Assembly (NCBI GenBank): GCA_015231825.1
Contig: JADGAV010000003.1
Coordinates: forward strand, 178,954 to 242,953
Source: SAR324 cluster bacterium
GTDB lineage: Bacteria > SAR324 > NAC60-12
Length of the DNA: 64,000 bases
Direction: 5' to 3'
Below are positions 10,118-19,850 of the stretch, one piece after another. The number at the start of each line of letters is the position of its first letter. Position 1 is the stretch's first letter. A program made the translations under genes and the position numbers. The notes below the pieces were generated by a model. The model worked only from the letters and a program-made list of their open reading frames with translations. It ran no database searches and was not told the DNA's origin.

Positions 10118-11116
10118 CTATTTTTTTGATCGCTTCTGCAGCGTGAAGAGCACGACTTCCGCCTGGGTGTTGAAACGAACGGGCATCCGTGAAGTCCCCA
10201 CTCCGGAATGTGTGAAACCCTGCATGTTTTGATAGCTCCACAAACCCCGAAAATAGGCTTTTCCCTTATTCAGGTGTTTGATCAGGGGGATGCCCCCAGG
10301 CCAACAGATCTGGCCGCCGTGGGTGTGCCCGCAGAGATAAAGATCGACCCCCATCTCGGCAGCGACGTCATAAAGCTCAGGAGAATGAATCAGGGCGATA
10401 GAAAAATCATTCTGTCCCTGTTCCAGAGCATGGACCGCCTGGTCTGTGTAATAAAAATGAACATCATCAGTGCCAACCAGGCGGATCTGCTGACCGCCCT
10501 GATGAAGACGGAAATTTTCATTGATCAGCATCCGTATTCCCAGCTTTTCCAGGGGATGAAGCATCTGACAGCTGTCATGATTTCCCAGCACCCCGAAAAT
10601 TCCGTGTCGGCTGCGTATCCCTTCTATCAGGGGCCGCAGGTCATCAATCGCTTCAGAAAAAGGCCCATCCAGGTGGGCGCGAAAGTCTCCCGTGAGGACA
10701 CATAAATCGACCTCCTGGTCCGGAAGTTTTTCCAAAATTCGAGGCACAGAACCCGGCATGCCATCCAGGTGCAGATCTGACAGGTGCAGGATCGTGAAGC
10801 CGTCAAATGCCGGCGGCAGATCAGGGAACGAGAGAGGAATTTCCCGCAGCACAATCGTTTCTGCATTACGGACACCCTTCTCAAAAAATCCCGTCATGCG
10901 GAGGACCTGTTCAAGCGAATTTCCCATCAGCGAGATCATCGACCACTGCCAGGAACTTCTTCCTCCATAGCGTTTGGTGTGGACATTATTGGTTTCCATC
11001 CAGAAACGGTTGGCAGCCCATACTTGCCTGGGATGGATCAGCTGTGAATCAGGAAACTGCAGAGAAGATTCAATCAGTTCTTCAGAGACGACTTTCTTTG
11101 GATTTAGCGATGTCAT
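10118..11116 (-). CDS. Calcineurin-like metallophosphoesterase (YkuE/YaeI-like)
   Basis: HLSDLH, TGDF, LGNHD, LIHSP and CGHTHGGQI motifs. Confidence 0.92.
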   Translation of the reverse strand: MTSLNPKKVVSEELIESSLQFPDSQLIHPRQVWAANRFWMETNNVHTKRYGGRSSWQWSMISLMGNSLEQVLRMTGFFEKGVRNAETIVLREIPLSFPDLPPAFDGFTILHLSDLHLDGMPGSVPRILEKLPDQEVDLCVLTGDFRAHLDGPFSEAIDDLRPLIEGIRSRHGIFGVLGNHDSCQMLHPLEKLGIRMLINENFRLHQGGQQIRLVGTDDVHFYYTDQAVHALEQGQNDFSIALIHSPELYDVAAEMGVDLYLCGHTHGGQICWPGGIPLIKHLNKGKAYFRGLWSYQNMQGFTHSGVGTSRMPVRFNTQAEVVLFTLQKRSKK

Positions 11117-11137
11117 TATTACTTCTTGTGAAAGGGG

Positions 11138-11839
11138 TTAAACCGCTCTGTTCTTTTGAATCCAGCGATTCAGCTGTTCGCTGGCGAAGAGCGCAGTGAC
11201 AGCCAAAACAACAGAGAGGACGAACAGACGGAGCGTCGCGTTTTCGGTATTTGGCTGCTGAATCAAATTGAACATCGCCAGTGGCAAGGTCATGGTTTCT
11301 CCCTGGATATTGGAGACAAAGGTAATGGTCGCGCCGAATTCTCCCAGGCTGCGGGCGAAAGTCAACATCATGCCGCTCAAAATACCAGGGACAATCAAGG
11401 GAAGGGTAATCGTAAAAAAGACACGAAATGAACTGGCCCCCAATGTTTTGGCAACCTCTTCCAAACCTAGGTCCAAAGATTCCAGAGAAATTGTCAATGC
11501 TCGAACCAAAAGCGGAAATGAGACGATCATGGAAGCCAGCACCGCCCCTTTCCAGGAAAAAGCAAAACTGATTCCGAGCAATTCGTCCAGCCAATATCCA
11601 AAAAATCCCTGTTTCCCGAAAAGAACCAGGAGGGCATAGCCCGTGGCAATCGGAGGCATCACCAGCGGCAAATGGACCAGCATTTCCAGGATTATTTTTC
11701 CGTAAAATTGACATCGTACAAGAACCCAGCTGCAGGCAATACCAAAAGGAAGGCTCACCAAAACACACCAGCAGGCGACTTTTAGAGACAGCCATAAGGC
11801 TTCTTTTTCCATTGCAGTAAACTGCCAGTACTCACTCAT
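11138..11839 (-). CDS. modB: Molybdate ABC transporter permease
   Basis: LWLSLKVA, HLPLVMPPIATGYALL, FAFSWKGAVLAS and FARSLGEFGATITFVSNIQGET. Confidence 0.95.
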   Translation of the reverse strand: MSEYWQFTAMEKEALWLSLKVACWCVLVSLPFGIACSWVLVRCQFYGKIILEMLVHLPLVMPPIATGYALLVLFGKQGFFGYWLDELLGISFAFSWKGAVLASMIVSFPLLVRALTISLESLDLGLEEVAKTLGASSFRVFFTITLPLIVPGILSGMMLTFARSLGEFGATITFVSNIQGETMTLPLAMFNLIQQPNTENATLRLFVLSVVLAVTALFASEQLNRWIQKNRAV

Positions 11840-11890
11840 AGGCCACTTTCCGCTGGGAATGAAGACGGGGAAAAAGCATCACAGGGGGAT

Positions 11891-12385
11891 TTACAGCTGC
11901 TGCTTTTTATGGAGAGGGTGTTGGAAGTCTCCCGATTTTCCACCTGTTTTTTCAAGCAGATAGGTCGACTCAATTACCATCGATTTAGAGATTGATTTGC
12001 ACATATCATACAAAGTCAATGCCGCCACCGATGCGGCAGTGAGCGCTTCCATCTCAACTCCCGTGGAAGAGGTCGTTTTGGCTGTTGCTTCAATCAGCGC
12101 TGTTTCATTTTCCAGCGAAATATTTATTTTCACACTGGAGAGCGGCACAGGATGACACATAGGGATCAATTCGGAGGTCTTTTTTGCCGCCTGAATCCCG
12201 GCCACTACTGCCGTTTGAAAGACAGGTCCCTTTTTGGTGCTGCCGGTTTCCTCCAGCCTGCGTGCGAGCTCGGTTCCCAGCTTCACTTTGGAAATCGCAA
12301 CGGCCCTCCGCTCAGTGGGTGATTTGTGGGAAACATCAACCATTCTTGGCAGATCATCATGGGAAAGATGAGTGAATTCGCTCAT
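11891..12385 (-). CDS. moaC: Cyclic pyranopterin monophosphate synthase MoaC
   Basis: FTHL...MVDVSHK, AKKTSELIPMCHP, TGVEMEALT, LYDMCK and EKTGGKSG. Confidence 0.97.
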   Translation of the reverse strand: MSEFTHLSHDDLPRMVDVSHKSPTERRAVAISKVKLGTELARRLEETGSTKKGPVFQTAVVAGIQAAKKTSELIPMCHPVPLSSVKINISLENETALIEATAKTTSSTGVEMEALTAASVAALTLYDMCKSISKSMVIESTYLLEKTGGKSGDFQHPLHKKQQL

Positions 12386-13608
12386 GATTGCATTCCTAAT
12401 GTATCGATCAAAGGGCGAACTGTCACCTGGCTCCCCTCAGGAAGTTCTTCTGAATTTTCAGGAACAATAATCAAAGAATTGGACCAGGCCAGGGAGCTGA
12501 GACTGTGGGATCCCTGAACCGGCAGGGGTTTGACACGGAAATGGTCCCCATCTTTTCTCAACTGTGCTCTCAAATACTGCCTTCTTTCGGTCCGTTCTGT
12601 GATCCGTTTTTCTAAAGTTGCCGTCACCAAAGACTTTTCAAGGGTAGCATATCCCATCGCCTTGCGAATGGCGGGACGGACAAATTCTTCAAAAATAACA
12701 TATCCGGAGGCCGGATTGCCCGGCATTCCAAAAATCAGGCTGTCTTCTTTTTTTCCAAAGAAAAAGGGTTTTCCAGGCTTGACCCGCACCTTCCAAAAGA
12801 TTTCCTCAACGCCTACTTTCCTGAGGACGTCCTTGACAAAATCACGATCCCCGACGGAAACCCCTCCCGAAATCAAAACCATATCTGCATTGATGTGCGA
12901 TTTGAGGACTTCATACAACAATTCCGGATCATCCTGAACAATTCCAACCCGGTGACAAAGGCATCGTTCTTCGCGAAAGAGAGCAGCAAACATGTAGCTG
13001 TTGGAATCATGTATTTTCCCGGGTTCTAAAGGAGAATTTACATCGACCAGCTCACTTCCCGTGGTGATGATGACCACTTCCAAAGGCTTCTGCACCAGAA
13101 CTCTGGCATGCCCGAAAGCAGCAAAGAGAGCAATTTGGGCAGGACCAATCAACTCGCCGCGCCTCACCACGGTTTGATGTTCCTCAATATCTTCTCCTTT
13201 GAAACGGAGATGTTCTTTGACTTGCGGAGAATGCATGAAACGGATCTGATTGCCCTCAACCTCAACTCGTTCTTTCATGACAACGGCATCGGCCCCCGGA
13301 GGAAGTTCTGCACCGGTGGCAATCTGGTAGCATTGTCCTGACTGGATCTCCCTTTCTTCGCGGTTGCCAGCCGGGATGTAGTCTACTTTTTCCAAAACAA
13401 CAGGAGATTGCGGGCTTGCCTGAGCTAAATCACTGGCTAAAACGGCATATCCGTCCATTGCAGAATTGTCAAACGCCGGAACTGAACAAGTCGCCCGGAT
13501 GTCTTCCTGCAGCACCAGTCCCAGACTTTCTTCCAAACCCACTTGCTGAGGTGGTTTTGGAGCAATGTGTTCCAGGACGATTTGTTTGGCTCGATCGGGA
13601 TCTAACAT
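12382..13608 (-). CDS. moeA: Molybdopterin molybdotransferase MoeA
   Basis: PAFDNSAMDGYA, IATGAELPPGADAVVMKE, TTGSEL, DSNSY, SGGVSVGDRD, VKPGKP and GMPGNPAS. Confidence 0.96.
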   Translation of the reverse strand: MLDPDRAKQIVLEHIAPKPPQQVGLEESLGLVLQEDIRATCSVPAFDNSAMDGYAVLASDLAQASPQSPVVLEKVDYIPAGNREEREIQSGQCYQIATGAELPPGADAVVMKERVEVEGNQIRFMHSPQVKEHLRFKGEDIEEHQTVVRRGELIGPAQIALFAAFGHARVLVQKPLEVVIITTGSELVDVNSPLEPGKIHDSNSYMFAALFREERCLCHRVGIVQDDPELLYEVLKSHINADMVLISGGVSVGDRDFVKDVLRKVGVEEIFWKVRVKPGKPFFFGKKEDSLIFGMPGNPASGYVIFEEFVRPAIRKAMGYATLEKSLVTATLEKRITERTERRQYLRAQLRKDGDHFRVKPLPVQGSHSLSSLAWSNSLIIVPENSEELPEGSQVTVRPLIDTLGMQS

Positions 13609-13674
13609 AATAAAACCTAAAAAGTGTTGTCAAAAATTGGGATTTATCGGTCAAAAAGAATCATGAGTCTGTTT

Positions 13675-14406
13675 TCAGTCCAGTTGCTGCTCCATCAGAA
13701 AGGCAGACAACTCTTTTGTCAACGAACAAGAGGATCTTGAACGGTACGCTTCCCGACTATAGACAGGCTGCGGAAGTTCGTAAGGGAGCCGAAGGATAGA
13801 AAATATCTTTCGAGCCTTGCTCAGAACGTGAACAATACTTTCTTCCTTGAAGATCAGATCAAAATAGTATTCAAGCTGCAGCACCAATTCTGATGAATAG
13901 AGCTCATTGAATACGGATCCCATCTTCTTTTTCCCGGGAATTTCAAGAGCTCTCAAAGAGTTTTGATAAGCGGCATCCTGCTCTGCAGATGAAGTGGCTT
14001 TGACGGACAGCAGATTGACCTTCTCATGATCTATCATTTTTGTCAGCAGCACCCGGTCCACTTCATGCCTTTCCACCAGGAAATGCCGATAGGCATCCTG
14101 TTCTCTGCCCCCTTCCAAAATTCCCCGTTCCAGGTAAAGGTCGGTTTCGTGGTGCTTCCCCGAAATTTTTAGTTCCTGCGCGATGACATCAATGATTTTT
14201 TCAAACTCGGGTGCCAGGTGTTCGAATTGTTGTTTCACTCGACTGACAAATTCCCGGTTACGCTTCATATTGCTTAAAACATTGATTGGGACTCCTGAAA
14301 TCCGCATCATTTCTTTGGGATTTCGGCCGCTCAATCGAGCCAGTCGCAGGCCGATGATATTGACGGTGTCTTTTATCCCAAGGACCGTAATTTTGCTCTC
14401 TCCCAT
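13675..14406 (-). CDS. Hypothetical protein (243 aa, soluble, charged, probably helical)
   Basis: Long ORF filling the gap upstream of moeA with protein-like composition. No motif recognised. Confidence 0.7.
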   Translation of the reverse strand: MGESKITVLGIKDTVNIIGLRLARLSGRNPKEMMRISGVPINVLSNMKRNREFVSRVKQQFEHLAPEFEKIIDVIAQELKISGKHHETDLYLERGILEGGREQDAYRHFLVERHEVDRVLLTKMIDHEKVNLLSVKATSSAEQDAAYQNSLRALEIPGKKKMGSVFNELYSSELVLQLEYYFDLIFKEESIVHVLSKARKIFSILRLPYELPQPVYSREAYRSRSSCSLTKELSAFLMEQQLD

Positions 14407-14523
14407 CTCAGTTGCCTGACAACGGTTTGGACTCGAATTCCGACGGTTCCGACAAATTTACATTGAAACTGAGAGAAACGCAATCCTCCCTTCAAAATCA
14501 TATTTTGGGATCAGGGCACAATC

Positions 14524-15435
14524 TCACTGCTGCGCCTGCTCCAAAAGCCAGTCCCGAAAAGCCTTGATTTTGTATGATTCGGCAGTTGATTCAGGAGAGA
14601 CGATGTAGTATGCATTTTCTGATCGAACATGATGATCAAACAAGCGCACCAACCTCCCCGCTGCCAAGTCTTCTGAAACCAGGGCGGTTCGCCCCAAAGC
14701 AATTCCGGTCCCTGCAATAGCCGCTTCCAAAACCATGTGTGTGGCATTGAAAGACATTCCCTCGTTGAAGTCGAACTCCGTGACCGCAACCCCGACGGCA
14801 TTAAACCATGTCACCCAATCACGATGGGGAACCGGCAGCTGCTCCTGTTCCATGTAAAACAAAAGAACATGCTTGAGCAAATCTTCAGGTTGAAGGATGG
14901 GGCCGCTCTTTTTTAGAAGCTGCGGACTGCAGACCGGAAAGATTTCATCCTTCATCATAAAAGTGACATTTAAATCACCGTAATCTCCACGCCCATAACG
15001 GATCGCCATGTCCACTTTATCGGTCCTGAAATTGACCAGACGCATTTCAGTATGCAAATGAAGGACTATTTCTGGAAATCTCTGGTTAAAATCATTCAAC
15101 CGGGGAATCAGCCATTTTACAGCGAATCCAGGCAGGGTGCTCAGGGTCAAAACCCCATTTCTTTCATCTTTCTGAAGTTCGTTGATCACCTCCGACAATC
15201 TGATCAAGGTGCTGCGCACCTCATCAGCCAGACGTTTCCCTTCTTCGGTCAAGGCCAGCTGGCGGGTCAGACGATGAAACAGTTTGAATCCCAGATTTTG
15301 TTCAAGTTGCTTGATTTGCTGACTGACAGCCGCTTGAGTCACGTATAGTTCTTTCGCGGCTTGAGTAAAACTCAAGTGGCGGGCGGCGCACTCGAAAACA
15401 TGAAACCCGTTAAGAGGAGGAAGTTCTATTCTCAT
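14524..15435 (-). CDS. LysR-family transcriptional regulator, GcvA subfamily
   Basis: LPPLNGFHVFECAARHLSFTQAAKELYVTQAAVSQQIKQLE HTH, KWLIPRL, DMAIRYG and KIKAFRDWL. Confidence 0.93.
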   Translation of the reverse strand: MRIELPPLNGFHVFECAARHLSFTQAAKELYVTQAAVSQQIKQLEQNLGFKLFHRLTRQLALTEEGKRLADEVRSTLIRLSEVINELQKDERNGVLTLSTLPGFAVKWLIPRLNDFNQRFPEIVLHLHTEMRLVNFRTDKVDMAIRYGRGDYGDLNVTFMMKDEIFPVCSPQLLKKSGPILQPEDLLKHVLLFYMEQEQLPVPHRDWVTWFNAVGVAVTEFDFNEGMSFNATHMVLEAAIAGTGIALGRTALVSEDLAAGRLVRLFDHHVRSENAYYIVSPESTAESYKIKAFRDWLLEQAQQ

Positions 15436-15444
15436 GGTTTATAC

Positions 15445-15487
15445 ATTAATTATTCTTATCTATTATATAAAAATCACTCGTTTGTGA
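15445..15487. promoter_or_regulatory. Putative LysR binding region between the divergent LysR and DUF1127 genes
   Basis: ATTA-N7-TTAT (contains T-N11-A) at 15445-15459 and the dyad TCAC-TCGTTT-GTGA at 15474-15487, in an AT-rich divergent spacer. Confidence 0.5.
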
Positions 15488-15562
15488 AAACACTGTTTTT
15501 AGGATATTTTATCTCTATTCAAAGAATCAGGAATTAATAAGTAAATATTATAAGGAGAGACC

Positions 15563-15793
15563 ATGAAAGTCAACATACTACCAATCAGTTCTGCAAACAT
15601 CATCGAACAAATTTCGCCAGGACAAAAATTTATCGTTCACATTAAAGCAGGAAGGCAGCTAATCAGGAAATGGATAAAGCGATCCATCGAACGAAGAGTG
15701 CTGAAAGAATTGAACGGCTATGTCCTCAAAGATATCGGCATCACCCGTTTGGAAGCAAATAGGGAAGCCGACAAATGGTTTTGGCAAGACTGA
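15563..15793 (+). CDS. DUF1127 (YjiS-like) small protein
   Basis: W-x-x-R-x-x-x-RRVLKELNGYVLKDIGITRLEANREADKWFWQ signature; RBS AAGGAGA; divergent from a GcvA-type LysR. Confidence 0.88.
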   Translation: MKVNILPISSANIIEQISPGQKFIVHIKAGRQLIRKWIKRSIERRVLKELNGYVLKDIGITRLEANREADKWFWQD

Positions 15794-15951
15794 TTTTAAA
15801 TCGGCTTTATCCTAAACAGAAAAAGCAATCTCAATTGGAATTCCTGCAAAAAACCTTCAGGGTTTGGTTTGTCTAAGTCAAAAAAATATAGTATTCTGCT
15901 CAATCTATGTAATGGCCCTATATTTTTCCCCTTCACCTCAGAAGAAAACCT

Positions 15952-16653
15952 ATGACAACCCCTATTGATCTTTATTACTGGCCGACACCCAATGGCCACA
16001 AAATCACTATTTTACTGGAAGAGCAGGAAGTCCCGTACCAGATCATCCCAATCAACATCAGCAAAGGCGATCAATTTGAAGCAGATTTCCTCAAAATCGC
16101 CCCCAATAATCGAATGCCGGCTATTGTTGATCACGAACCCTCAGGAGGAGGGGAACCGATCAGCATTTTTGAGTCGGGAGCCATCATGCTTTATTTGGCT
16201 GAAGAATACGGTGGTTTTCTTCCCCATGAGGCTCGAGAAAAAGCAGAGGTGACGCAATGGTTGATGTGGCAGATGGGAGGTTTGGGGCCAATGGCCGGGC
16301 AGGCCCACCATTTTCGTCATTACGCTCAGGATAAAATTGAATACGCGATCAATCGCTATACGGATGAATGCAATCGGCTCTATGGAGTAATGGACAGGCG
16401 ACTGAAAGACCGGGATTTTCTTGCCGGAGAATACTCCATTGCCGATATGGCCTGCTGGCCCTGGGTCAAACCTTATGAACGGCAAGGGCAGGATCTCAGT
16501 GAGTTTCCTAACCTGAAACGCTGGTTCGAAACAATTGAAGCCCGTCCGGCGGTTGTTAAAGCAATTGAAGTTGGAAAGGAATATCGATCCAGACCTGAGG
16601 ATATGACCGATGAAGCAAGACAAATTCTTTTTGGCCAAACGGCGAGAAAATAA
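15952..16653 (+). CDS. Glutathione S-transferase family, YfcG/nu-class-like
   Basis: LYYWPTPNGHKI, PNNRMPAIVD, IFESGAIMLYLAE, QWLMWQMGGLGPMAGQAHHF and YSIADMACWPW. Confidence 0.92.
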   Translation: MTTPIDLYYWPTPNGHKITILLEEQEVPYQIIPINISKGDQFEADFLKIAPNNRMPAIVDHEPSGGGEPISIFESGAIMLYLAEEYGGFLPHEAREKAEVTQWLMWQMGGLGPMAGQAHHFRHYAQDKIEYAINRYTDECNRLYGVMDRRLKDRDFLAGEYSIADMACWPWVKPYERQGQDLSEFPNLKRWFETIEARPAVVKAIEVGKEYRSRPEDMTDEARQILFGQTARK

Positions 16654-16668
16654 AACAGGCTAAATGCG

Positions 16669-18276
16669 ATGACTGTTTTTGAGGCATTTTTGGAATCTGC
16701 ACAAAAATATCCGGATCATGAGTTTTTGTGTATCCCTCCTCAATCCGATCGTCACTACTATCCTGATGGAATAGAATTCTCTTTCTCCGAGCTTCGTGAA
16801 CGTGTATTGGTTTTAAGAGAAAAATACCAAAATGCGGGTTACGGAATGGGGCATCGGGTCGCATTGCTGCTTGAAAATCGCCCTGAACATATAATGCATT
16901 TCCTGGCCCTGAACAGCCTTGGTGCCGGTATCGTCCCTGTCAACCCCGAATACCGGCACGATGAAATGCTCTACCAGATGGAACATTCCGAAGCAGAACT
17001 CGTCGTCTCCGTTGCGGACAGGATCGCTGATCTGAAAACCGTCGCAGTCGAACGGGAAAAACCGTTGGCCCTCATGAACGGAGAAGACCTTCCCGCCCAT
17101 TTTCCTCCACCTTCTAAAAAAGCTCAAAGCGGAAGTCCAGTTCCGGACACAGAAGCTTGCCTGTTTTACACCTCAGGAACCACAGGGCGTCCGAAAGGAT
17201 GCATCTGCACCAATTTTTATTTCCTCAATGCGGGGCATTGGTACGCCAACATGGGCGGCCGACTGCACATCAATCCGGAAACAGAGCGATTGTACAATCC
17301 CCTGCCTCTGTTTCATATGAATGCCGGCGCCATTTCTTTGATGTGCATGATGCTGACAGGAGGCTGTCTGATCATTCCGGATCGCTTTCATCCCAAAAGC
17401 TGGTGGAAGGAAATCAAGGCAACGGATGCAACTATCGTCCATTATCTGGGAGTTGTGCCGCCACTCTTGCTGAATCAGGACGAAGTTCCTGAAGAGAAGC
17501 AGCATCAAGTCAAATTTGGATTGGGTGCCGGAGTGGAACCTGAGCTGCATGATCCCTTTGAGGAACGGTTCGGATTTCCATTGGTAGAAATATGGGGAAT
17601 GACCGAAACCGGGAGACTTTTTGGAGATCATATTGAACCCCGTCGCACCACGACCCGTGCTTTTGGGATTCCCTACGGCATTTTTGAAGCAAAGATCACC
17701 GATGAACAAGATCTGGAAGTTCCGCGAGAGCAGCCGGGGGAGCTTCTGGTTCGTTGTGCTGGAAACAATCCAAGAATGGGATTTTTTTCCGGCTATCTGA
17801 AAAATGAACAAGCCACTGAAGAAGCCTGGCGGGGAGGATGGTTTCACACAGGAGACGTGGTGCGGCAGGGTGCCGACGGAATGCTCTATTTCGTGGATCG
17901 CCAGAAAAATATCATCCGCCGCTCAGGTGAAAATATTGCGGCTGCAGAAGTAGAGGCAGTGCTCCAGGTTCATAAAAAAGTCGCGCAAATTGCAGTCATT
18001 GCAGTTCCCGATGAGCTGCGTGAAGAGGAAGTGATGGCGTGTGTTGTCCTGATGCCGGGCATTCATGGAGAAAAAGCAGTAGCAGAAGATCTCTTCGCCT
18101 GGTGCAGTGAGCGTTTGGCTTACTTCAAAGCACCCGGGTGGATATTGTTTTTGGACGCATTGCCCACCACTGGAACACAGAAAGTGCAAAAAACAAGAAT
18201 TTTTCCGGATAAAGTTGATCCCAGACGACAAGCAGGAATCTTTGATTTTCGTCAGCAAAAAAGAAAACGCCGTTAA
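16669..18276 (+). CDS. Acyl/aryl-CoA ligase, CaiC-like AMP-binding enzyme
   Basis: YTSGTTGRPKG, PLPLFHMNA, WGMTE, GWFHTGD, RRSGENI and LPTTGTQKVQK. Confidence 0.92.
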   Translation: MTVFEAFLESAQKYPDHEFLCIPPQSDRHYYPDGIEFSFSELRERVLVLREKYQNAGYGMGHRVALLLENRPEHIMHFLALNSLGAGIVPVNPEYRHDEMLYQMEHSEAELVVSVADRIADLKTVAVEREKPLALMNGEDLPAHFPPPSKKAQSGSPVPDTEACLFYTSGTTGRPKGCICTNFYFLNAGHWYANMGGRLHINPETERLYNPLPLFHMNAGAISLMCMMLTGGCLIIPDRFHPKSWWKEIKATDATIVHYLGVVPPLLLNQDEVPEEKQHQVKFGLGAGVEPELHDPFEERFGFPLVEIWGMTETGRLFGDHIEPRRTTTRAFGIPYGIFEAKITDEQDLEVPREQPGELLVRCAGNNPRMGFFSGYLKNEQATEEAWRGGWFHTGDVVRQGADGMLYFVDRQKNIIRRSGENIAAAEVEAVLQVHKKVAQIAVIAVPDELREEEVMACVVLMPGIHGEKAVAEDLFAWCSERLAYFKAPGWILFLDALPTTGTQKVQKTRIFPDKVDPRRQAGIFDFRQQKRKRR

Positions 18277-19850
18277 CTTCGCGTTATTTTTCCTGGTGAT
18301 TTGTTCAGAAAGGTTTCCAGAGATTTTCCTTGAGGATCATTCAATGCGGCTTCACGGGCAAAACGGAGCTCTTCTGCGCTCGGCAATCCTTGTGTACGAT
18401 CGGCCAATGCCGGTTCAACGAAAATTCTGAATATTGAGTCGAAATTCTGACGTCCCTGTTGATAAGTTTCTCCATAGCCTTTCAAGAGTTCTGCACATTT
18501 AACCATTTCAAACGCGAGCAATTGATCATGCTCCATAATACGAACCACCTGCCCCAACCAGGCATCTATCAGGTCCTGCTCAATTCGATATCGAAAAGTG
18601 AGCGGCCGTATTTTTTTTAACCGCGCGATCAGCCAAATGCGTAAAAAACCCGAGACAGTATCGGTCCGAATCTGCATCGGAATTCGCAGCTTCCCGAATC
18701 GTGGGAATTTCTGACCCAGGCGCAGCACAGGCCGGGCCAGAAAGGAAGGAAGCAGAGAACAAATTTCATCAATTCCCGGGTCGAGAAAGTCGGTGACTTG
18801 GACCGGTTCATTCGATCTGGCGTCGAGCTCTTTCCTTATCGACTCAAATCGGCCAGCACAGGTTTTCAGATGAGCCACTCGGATCACATCTTCATAGCTC
18901 ATCCACAGAGCCAACTGCCGCGCTATTTCGAGACAAAGCGCATAATCTTTTTTCTCCTCCTTCTCTTGAATTCGACATTGCAGCATTTCGAGACGGGAGA
19001 TATATTTCCGGGCATAAGCCAATCCCTGATAGTCCAATAATCGTACAATTCCTTCCAGGATCAAGGGATGGGAAACCGGAGGAAAAGAATTTTCCATTCT
19101 TTGCTGCAATTCCGATGGAATCTTTCGATTCACCGATTTTGCATGCGGGGATTCCACTGCAGATGATTCGGGGTCTTTCCTTTTCTTCTGGGCTACTTCC
19201 ATGCCGGCCTCGAACCCCTTCAGGTTGGATTCAACGGCTACTCCTTTTTGTCGAATGCTCTCCTGCAGCACCGCAGACGGAATGGGAAGCAGTTCGATCC
19301 CGGCAATCGCTCCCAGTAAAACAGCATTCTCCTTACTGCCGCATGCCTTTGCGGTTTTCTCCAAATCAAACAAAAGCACCTTTTTTGACATTGATTTTGC
19401 TGCCTGCAAAATTCCTTCTCCGTGATAGCGCCCGTCTCCTGGAGCAGTTTTTTCGAGCATGGCATAGTTTCGATGAGTGGAAGCAAGCAGTGTCGTGCGG
19501 TCAGGACTAACATAACCATTTTCCATGTTACGTCCTGCTTCCAGCAGTTCTGTAAAAACGGCAAGATCAATTTGTCCCGGGAAAGGGTACAAAGAGAGTA
19601 TTGGCTGCTTTCCTTTCAACTCGGTTCGTTTGACCGGAAAAATTTCAATATAATAGAAAGTCGCCCCCGTACGCTGGGCCACTCCGGGGATAGACGTACT
19701 TTGCACAGGAAAACCCTCGGATGTGGCTGCAAGGACCAGCCAGTCCGTCAAAATGCCTCCGCCTTCGCCTCCCAGTGCACCCACGAGGATCGTCAGGGGA
19801 TCCATCTGCGGGTACAAGCCAGAAGCCCCGGATTGTTCAGGAGCGCTCAT
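18273..19850 (-). CDS. iorB: Indolepyruvate:ferredoxin oxidoreductase beta-family subunit (long form with C-terminal helical extension)
   Basis: ALGGEGGGILTDW, QSTSIPGVAQRTGATFYYIE, LALWMSYEDVIRVAHLK and LLKGYGET. Start ATG 19850 overlaps the iorA stop (ATGA). Confidence 0.9.
   Translation of the reverse strand: MSAPEQSGASGLYPQMDPLTILVGALGGEGGGILTDWLVLAATSEGFPVQSTSIPGVAQRTGATFYYIEIFPVKRTELKGKQPILSLYPFPGQIDLAVFTELLEAGRNMENGYVSPDRTTLLASTHRNYAMLEKTAPGDGRYHGEGILQAAKSMSKKVLLFDLEKTAKACGSKENAVLLGAIAGIELLPIPSAVLQESIRQKGVAVESNLKGFEAGMEVAQKKRKDPESSAVESPHAKSVNRKIPSELQQRMENSFPPVSHPLILEGIVRLLDYQGLAYARKYISRLEMLQCRIQEKEEKKDYALCLEIARQLALWMSYEDVIRVAHLKTCAGRFESIRKELDARSNEPVQVTDFLDPGIDEICSLLPSFLARPVLRLGQKFPRFGKLRIPMQIRTDTVSGFLRIWLIARLKKIRPLTFRYRIEQDLIDAWLGQVVRIMEHDQLLAFEMVKCAELLKGYGETYQQGRQNFDSIFRIFVEPALADRTQGLPSAEELRFAREAALNDPQGKSLETFLNKSPGKITRS

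Noticed and set aside
15794-15951. Cuckoo-type sRNAs downstream of DUF1127
   Set aside because: No repeated CCTCCTCCC loop motifs in the 3' region.
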